Source: Planctomycetota bacterium
Lineage (GTDB): Bacteria > Planctomycetota > Brocadiia > JAADGH01
Assembly (NCBI GenBank): GCA_040755855.1
Contig: JBFMAD010000001.1
Location: forward strand, 224,001 to 288,000
Direction: 5' to 3'
Length of the DNA: 64,000 bases
Shown here: one piece after another, positions 59,405-64,000 of the stretch
How the letters are laid out: the number at the start of each line of letters is the position of its first letter
Numbering within the stretch: position 1 is the stretch's first letter
Made by a program: the position numbers and the translations under genes
Notes under the pieces: model-generated
Databases searched by the model: none
Seen by the model: only the letters and a program-made list of their open reading frames with translations
Told to the model about the DNA's origin: nothing

Positions 59405-60802
59405 ATGAAACGAGAGCCAATCCTCCTGTGGTGCATTGTCTGCCTGCTGCTTTTCTCCGCCGCCGTCACCGCTCAGGACAGGATCGAGTTCCTGAGCGGG
59501 ATTTCCATGAGTGGAGAGGTCATCAAGGTTACGGACGAGGCGGTCGTCATCAAGATTGCCGGGCGGGAGCGTGAATTCCCCCTCGACAAGATTCATGCCG
59601 TCACGCAGAACGGCGAGCGGCGCGTGATCAACGAGAAGGGCGACGCCCCCGCGCCGCCGCCGAAAAAGACCAAGGATGAGGTAAAGGAAGAGCCGAAGGA
59701 GAAGGAAGAGCCCAAGGCCGTCGCCAAGCGCCCGGCCAAGAAGCCGAAAAAGCCCAAGAAGGTCTCGCCGTCGAAGATCGAGACCGCGATCAAGAAGGCG
59801 GAGAAGGACAAGCCCGATTGGTGGGACGACGTCAATCTGGAGGTCCCGGATACGTTGGATCTGGCCGCATGGCGCGCGCCGGGCGGCGAGGAGGCCAATG
59901 AAGCGGCGGACAAGTATCCGGCCAATTACATCTGGTCGAAGATCGTCCCCAACCCCGACCGATGGAAGGAGGGGATCAAGCTGGCCCACGAGTGCATGAA
60001 AAAGTCGGAAGGCAACGCCTCCCAGAAGACCCAGATCATGGCCGACCTCGCCGGCTACTACAAGAACCTGCTGAACGACTACCCCCGCGCCGCGCACTAT
60101 TACCGCCAGTTGTCCGCGGGGAGCTTCGGAGTGGACATCGGCCTGGGCGACTGCTACTTCGAAATGGGCAACGAGGACATGGCGATGGAGCTCTACAAAA
60201 AGCACGAGAAGACGGTGGGGCGGGACGCGGATGTCGTCCGCCGGTACACCAAACTCGGCGAAAGCAAGCTCGCCCTCAGGGTCGGCGAGGCCATGGTCAA
60301 GGCGTCTTCCGGCTATGACAAGGCCATTGCCCTGCTCGCCTGCGGCGACGCCGCCCGCGCCGATGAGGACTACAAGGGCGCCCTGGGGTTCTACGACCAG
60401 GCCCAGAAGGTGGATGTCCCCGATCGCGGCGACGCCAAGAAGACCAAGGATGAACAAAGCCGCGTGGACCGGATCAAGGAGCGCGCTCAGGCGGCCGCAA
60501 GGGTGGTAAAGCTGCACGACGCCCTGGACCTCGGCAAGGTCCCCGACGGGACATACTCCGGCAAGGCGCGGGGATATGCGGGGGACATCGAGGTCGCGGT
60601 CGTGATGAAGGGCGGCGCCATCGGGAAGGTGAACGTCACCAATCACAAGGAGACCCGGTTCTACACGGCGATCCAATCCATCCCCGAACAGATCGTGGAG
60701 AACCAGAGCCTCGATGTTGATGCGGTCACATCGGCGACGGTCAGTTCCGACGCGATTGTCGCGGCGGCGGGCGCGGCCCTTGAAGAGGCGATGAAGAAGT
60801 AG
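59405..60802 (+). CDS. Secreted TPR protein with C-terminal FMN-binding (flavinylation) domain
   Basis: Signal peptide, K/P-rich linker, TPR-like helices, PDGTYSGKARGYAGDIEVAV...VDAVTSATVSS. Confidence 0.8.
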   Translation: MKREPILLWCIVCLLLFSAAVTAQDRIEFLSGISMSGEVIKVTDEAVVIKIAGREREFPLDKIHAVTQNGERRVINEKGDAPAPPPKKTKDEVKEEPKEKEEPKAVAKRPAKKPKKPKKVSPSKIETAIKKAEKDKPDWWDDVNLEVPDTLDLAAWRAPGGEEANEAADKYPANYIWSKIVPNPDRWKEGIKLAHECMKKSEGNASQKTQIMADLAGYYKNLLNDYPRAAHYYRQLSAGSFGVDIGLGDCYFEMGNEDMAMELYKKHEKTVGRDADVVRRYTKLGESKLALRVGEAMVKASSGYDKAIALLACGDAARADEDYKGALGFYDQAQKVDVPDRGDAKKTKDEQSRVDRIKERAQAAARVVKLHDALDLGKVPDGTYSGKARGYAGDIEVAVVMKGGAIGKVNVTNHKETRFYTAIQSIPEQIVENQSLDVDAVTSATVSSDAIVAAAGAALEEAMKK

Positions 60803-60857
60803 GCCTTGACGAAATCTCTTTGCGGGGGGCTCCAAGCGGATTGGAAGCGAGCGGCGT

Positions 60858-62594
60858 GTGTTTAACATCTTTCGTCATTCACGCGGCGCAGAGGACGGCC
60901 GCCTCGTGAGGCGGCTTCCCGCCTCCTGGCGGTTCTCGCCCATCACGCGCCTGATCCAAATCGCCGTATTCATCATCTTCCTGGTTCTCTTCCTTTGGGT
61001 CGCATGGCCCTTCGCCGGGAACGAACAGATAAACCCGGACATCATCCCACGCAAGGAATTCATGGCGACCGAGAGTTTTCTGGTGATTGACCCTCTCGTG
61101 CCGACAGGGTCGGCCCTTGCCTCGCGCACGGTGGTCTGGTCCCTTTGGTGTGTATTGGGGGTGTTCGTCCTCTCCCTCTTTGCGCCCGGAGGCTTCTGCA
61201 TCTTTCTCTGTCCCCTCGGAACCGCGATTGATCTCTTCGATTGGCTCATCGGCAAGCGAATCAAGCGCTTCCGTGTCAACCACACAAACGTGGGCCGGTG
61301 GTGGACCGGGCTGCGCTATTACATTCTCCTTGTTGCTCTTATCGCGTCGCTCCTGGGTGTGGGCGTTGCAGGCTTCGTCGCCGCCGTGCCGACGATTGCG
61401 CGGACAATGACGTTCGTCATCAACCCGATCCAGATTGGCCTCGCGCAGGGGGCCTATCGCATCCCCCCGATCACGACGGCGCAGATCGTGTCAATCGCGA
61501 TTTTCATTGTGATCCTGCTCACATCCCTTTTCGGCAGTCGCTTCTGGTGCAAATACGTTTGCCCGACTGGCGCAGTCATTGAGCTGTTCGCCCTGTTCCG
61601 CGTCGGCACGCGCAAGGTTAAGGAGTCCTGCATCGAGTGCGGCAAGTGCATCCGGGCCTGCCCCTTCGACGCGATCAACCCGGACTTTACCACGCGCCCG
61701 CTGCGGTGCTCCTTCTGCCAGTTCTGCGGCGGCGCGTGCCCGGTCGGGGCGATCACATTCACGCACCGATGGAAGACGGACGGCATGCGGCCCGACAGAA
61801 AGATGACGGATAAGGAGGCGGATATCTCGCGGCGCGGTTTCATCGTCGCCACGGTTGTCGGCTGCGCAGGCGGCGGAGTCCTCCGCACGTCCTCCATACC
61901 GGGCGTCACGAAATCGCGTTCGCTCACCCGCCCGCCGGGGGCCGCGCCCGAGGGGCAGTTCCTCAGCCTGTGTGTGCGATGCGGCGCGTGTGTGCGGGTC
62001 TGTCCGGGTGGGTTTCTCCGTCCGGCCTCTGTCCTCGACCAGGGCGTCAAGGGCATGTGGACGCCGCACGCCGATTACACCTGGGCCGGGTGCGACGAGA
62101 ACTGCAACTTCTGCGGCCAGGCCTGCCCGACCGGCGCGATCCGGCCATTGCCCATCGAGGAGAAGCGCTGCGCCGTCATGGGCACAGCCGTGGTGCGGAA
62201 GGACATCTGCCTGCCGCACGCGGGCATCGGCCACTGCGATATCTGCTACAAGGAATGTGAATCCACCGGATACCAGGCGATTTCCTACGTTCGCGTGCAC
62301 GCGAAGTCCCACGAGGACGAAGGCTTCCTCGCGCCGGAGGTGGACCCGGTGAAATGCGTTGGCTGCGGGCGGTGCGAGAACCGATGCCACTTGGCCTACG
62401 TGAGAGGGACGGGGCAGATGAAGCTCGCGGCGATTTACGTGCAACCGGGTCCGATTGAGATCAAGGTTGGGGACAAGAGCATCTTGCTCGGTGGTGAGAT
62501 GCGGTTGCCTCCGCCAGCCAGTTACAAGGTGGAGATGGAGAGGCGGCGCGAGGCGCAGAAGAGCACGAAACGTGTGATTGATGTAAAGTGGTAG
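60858..62594 (+). CDS. Membrane polyferredoxin (NapH-like membrane domain fused to NapG/MauM-like domain)
   Basis: TM helices with FCIFLCPLG and FWCKYVCPTG; several CxxCxxCxxxCP; internal ISRRGF; RPPGA...CVRCGACVRVCP. Confidence 0.85.
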   Translation: MFNIFRHSRGAEDGRLVRRLPASWRFSPITRLIQIAVFIIFLVLFLWVAWPFAGNEQINPDIIPRKEFMATESFLVIDPLVPTGSALASRTVVWSLWCVLGVFVLSLFAPGGFCIFLCPLGTAIDLFDWLIGKRIKRFRVNHTNVGRWWTGLRYYILLVALIASLLGVGVAGFVAAVPTIARTMTFVINPIQIGLAQGAYRIPPITTAQIVSIAIFIVILLTSLFGSRFWCKYVCPTGAVIELFALFRVGTRKVKESCIECGKCIRACPFDAINPDFTTRPLRCSFCQFCGGACPVGAITFTHRWKTDGMRPDRKMTDKEADISRRGFIVATVVGCAGGGVLRTSSIPGVTKSRSLTRPPGAAPEGQFLSLCVRCGACVRVCPGGFLRPASVLDQGVKGMWTPHADYTWAGCDENCNFCGQACPTGAIRPLPIEEKRCAVMGTAVVRKDICLPHAGIGHCDICYKECESTGYQAISYVRVHAKSHEDEGFLAPEVDPVKCVGCGRCENRCHLAYVRGTGQMKLAAIYVQPGPIEIKVGDKSILLGGEMRLPPPASYKVEMERRREAQKSTKRVIDVKW

Positions 62595-62605
62595 CCGCCG
62601 GTGCG

Positions 62606-64000
62606 CTACGGCTTCTTGTCCCGTTGGATCGTTTCGAGAAACACGTCGCGGAGCGGCTTGCCCTGGTCGCCGTCGCCGGTGCAGGCGTCGGGGTATTTTT
62701 CAACCGCCTGATCGAAGGCCTCCATGGCCTTGTCCTTCTCCCCGATCTTGTGGTAACAGATCGCAAGGAAATAGGCCGCGAAGGAGGCCGCCGTCTTGCC
62801 GTGTCCATAGCGGGCAAGCGGGTATTCCCGAAGCACCCGCTCGAATAACTCAATGGCCTCTTCGTATTTCTGCTGATCTTTCTTGAGAAACGCAAGCTGC
62901 CCCACGGCGCAGCCCGCCCAGTTGTCCTTTGGATACTTCTCAATGAGTTCCCGCAGAAGTCGCTCATACTCCTCCGCGTTCCCTGCCTTTTGCTGGTTTA
63001 TCGCCGCGCTGAAGAGCCGAAGCGCCTCGTCGGTCCCCGGCATCTCGCCGCCTTTCTTTCGCTCCTCGGCCCGAATCCTAAGAGGAAATACATCCGCAAG
63101 GGGCCGCCCCGTATCGGCCGCGAAGGCGTCCGGGTACTGCTGAACCATCTGCCGATAGACCGCCTCCGCCCTTTCCTTGTCACCCTTCTTGTAGTAAGAC
63201 ATGGCCATCAGGAATGCGGCGACGCCGCCCACGGGATTTCCGTTGCCATACCGGACCTGGGGGTATTCGCGCAGCGCCTTTTGACATGCCTCGATAGCTT
63301 CGTCATATTTCTGCTGCCGCCATCGGATTTCGGCGATCTGCCCCACAGCGCAGCCGGCCCAGTTGTCTCTCGGATATTTTTTTAGGACCTCGTTGAAAAT
63401 CTCAATAGCTCCATCCGCATCGCCCGCCCGCCACTTCGCCACGCCCTCGCCGAGCAAACTCCTTGCCTCTTCTGTGGCGACCAATGGCGCGGCGGGCTGC
63501 TCCTGCGACCCGGCCATCGGGATCATCAGCAGCGCCACGACCATGAGCAGGACCGCAGAATACCACGTAAGCCGAACCGACAACACTCTCTTTGCATCCA
63601 TAATCCTACGGATGCGGCGGGCAATACCGGAGTCGGTCTCAAGGATGCCCAGGTAGTTCAGCGCCGGCGCCCATGCCTCCGTCGAGCGCTTCAAGACGCT
63701 CAGGAGCGACTCGCCGTATGCCCCGCCCTCGCCCAGATGAAGCAGGACGACGTCGTCCACGATCAGCTCGCGCTCGAACCGCAGCCGCATGTTGGCAAAC
63801 CACACGAAGGGATGGAACCAGTAGATGACCTGGAGGATCGCTTGGATAAAGTTGATGAATAAGTCACGACGCTGGAAGTGGGCCAGCTCGTGGAGGAGGA
63901 TGGGTTCCACCTGATCGTCCGGAAGATCGGCCACGACTTCGGCAGGTAGAATGATCCGCGGTCGGAACAACCCTACCAGGATAGGGGAACTGAGGCCCGT
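62606..64000 (-). CDS. BlaR1/MecR1 (peptidase M56) protein with duplicated TPR sensor domain (5' end outside the window)
   Basis: Frame open to the edge: SPILVGLFRPRIILP, ILLHELAH, WFHPFVW, ERELIVDD, RRIRRIM, TM, then two ~147-aa TPR repeats. Confidence 0.88.
   Translation of the reverse strand, partial: TGLSSPILVGLFRPRIILPAEVVADLPDDQVEPILLHELAHFQRRDLFINFIQAILQVIYWFHPFVWFANMRLRFERELIVDDVVLLHLGEGGAYGESLLSVLKRSTEAWAPALNYLGILETDSGIARRIRRIMDAKRVLSVRLTWYSAVLLMVVALLMIPMAGSQEQPAAPLVATEEARSLLGEGVAKWRAGDADGAIEIFNEVLKKYPRDNWAGCAVGQIAEIRWRQQKYDEAIEACQKALREYPQVRYGNGNPVGGVAAFLMAMSYYKKGDKERAEAVYRQMVQQYPDAFAADTGRPLADVFPLRIRAEERKKGGEMPGTDEALRLFSAAINQQKAGNAEEYERLLRELIEKYPKDNWAGCAVGQLAFLKKDQQKYEEAIELFERVLREYPLARYGHGKTAASFAAYFLAICYHKIGEKDKAMEAFDQAVEKYPDACTGDGDQGKPLRDVFLETIQRDKKP

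Noticed and set aside
59640..59800. Lys/Pro/Glu-rich repetitive DNA
   Set aside because: Low-complexity protein linker, not a DNA repeat element.

Overview
GC-rich bacterial chromosomal window, probably from an uncultured Planctomycetota/PVC organism (inferred from an 'IEELESR' LEPR-type export motif, a Zn-ribbon/TM protein, BlaR1/M56, and many large secreted carbohydrate-active-like proteins). About 42 genes are supported. I saw no rRNA, tRNA, CRISPR array or transposase. Main points: (1) a six-gene minus-strand run (42269->33396) encoding a large glycoside-hydrolase-like protein, a thrombospondin-C-like membrane protein, a form IV RuBisCO-like protein with an unusual active site, a divergent PPi-type phosphofructokinase, a TIM-barrel isomerase and an amidohydrolase, which is a candidate undescribed sugar-catabolic pathway; (2) a tightly coupled purF-carA-pyrG-guaA-carB operon made only of glutamine-dependent amidotransferase genes, close to an atypical Tyr-less P-II plus gdhA pair; (3) a symmetric 172-bp element with 24-bp terminal inverted repeats and two different 15-bp hairpins whose loops are complementary; (4) two 38/40-identical REP-like palindromes about 39.5 kb apart; (5) an amidohydrolase-aminotransferase fusion, a GT2/ACP/hydrolase-1/2 cassette and a flavinylation/NapH-NapG-like redox pair. 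All calls come from reading motifs by eye; no database searches were run.
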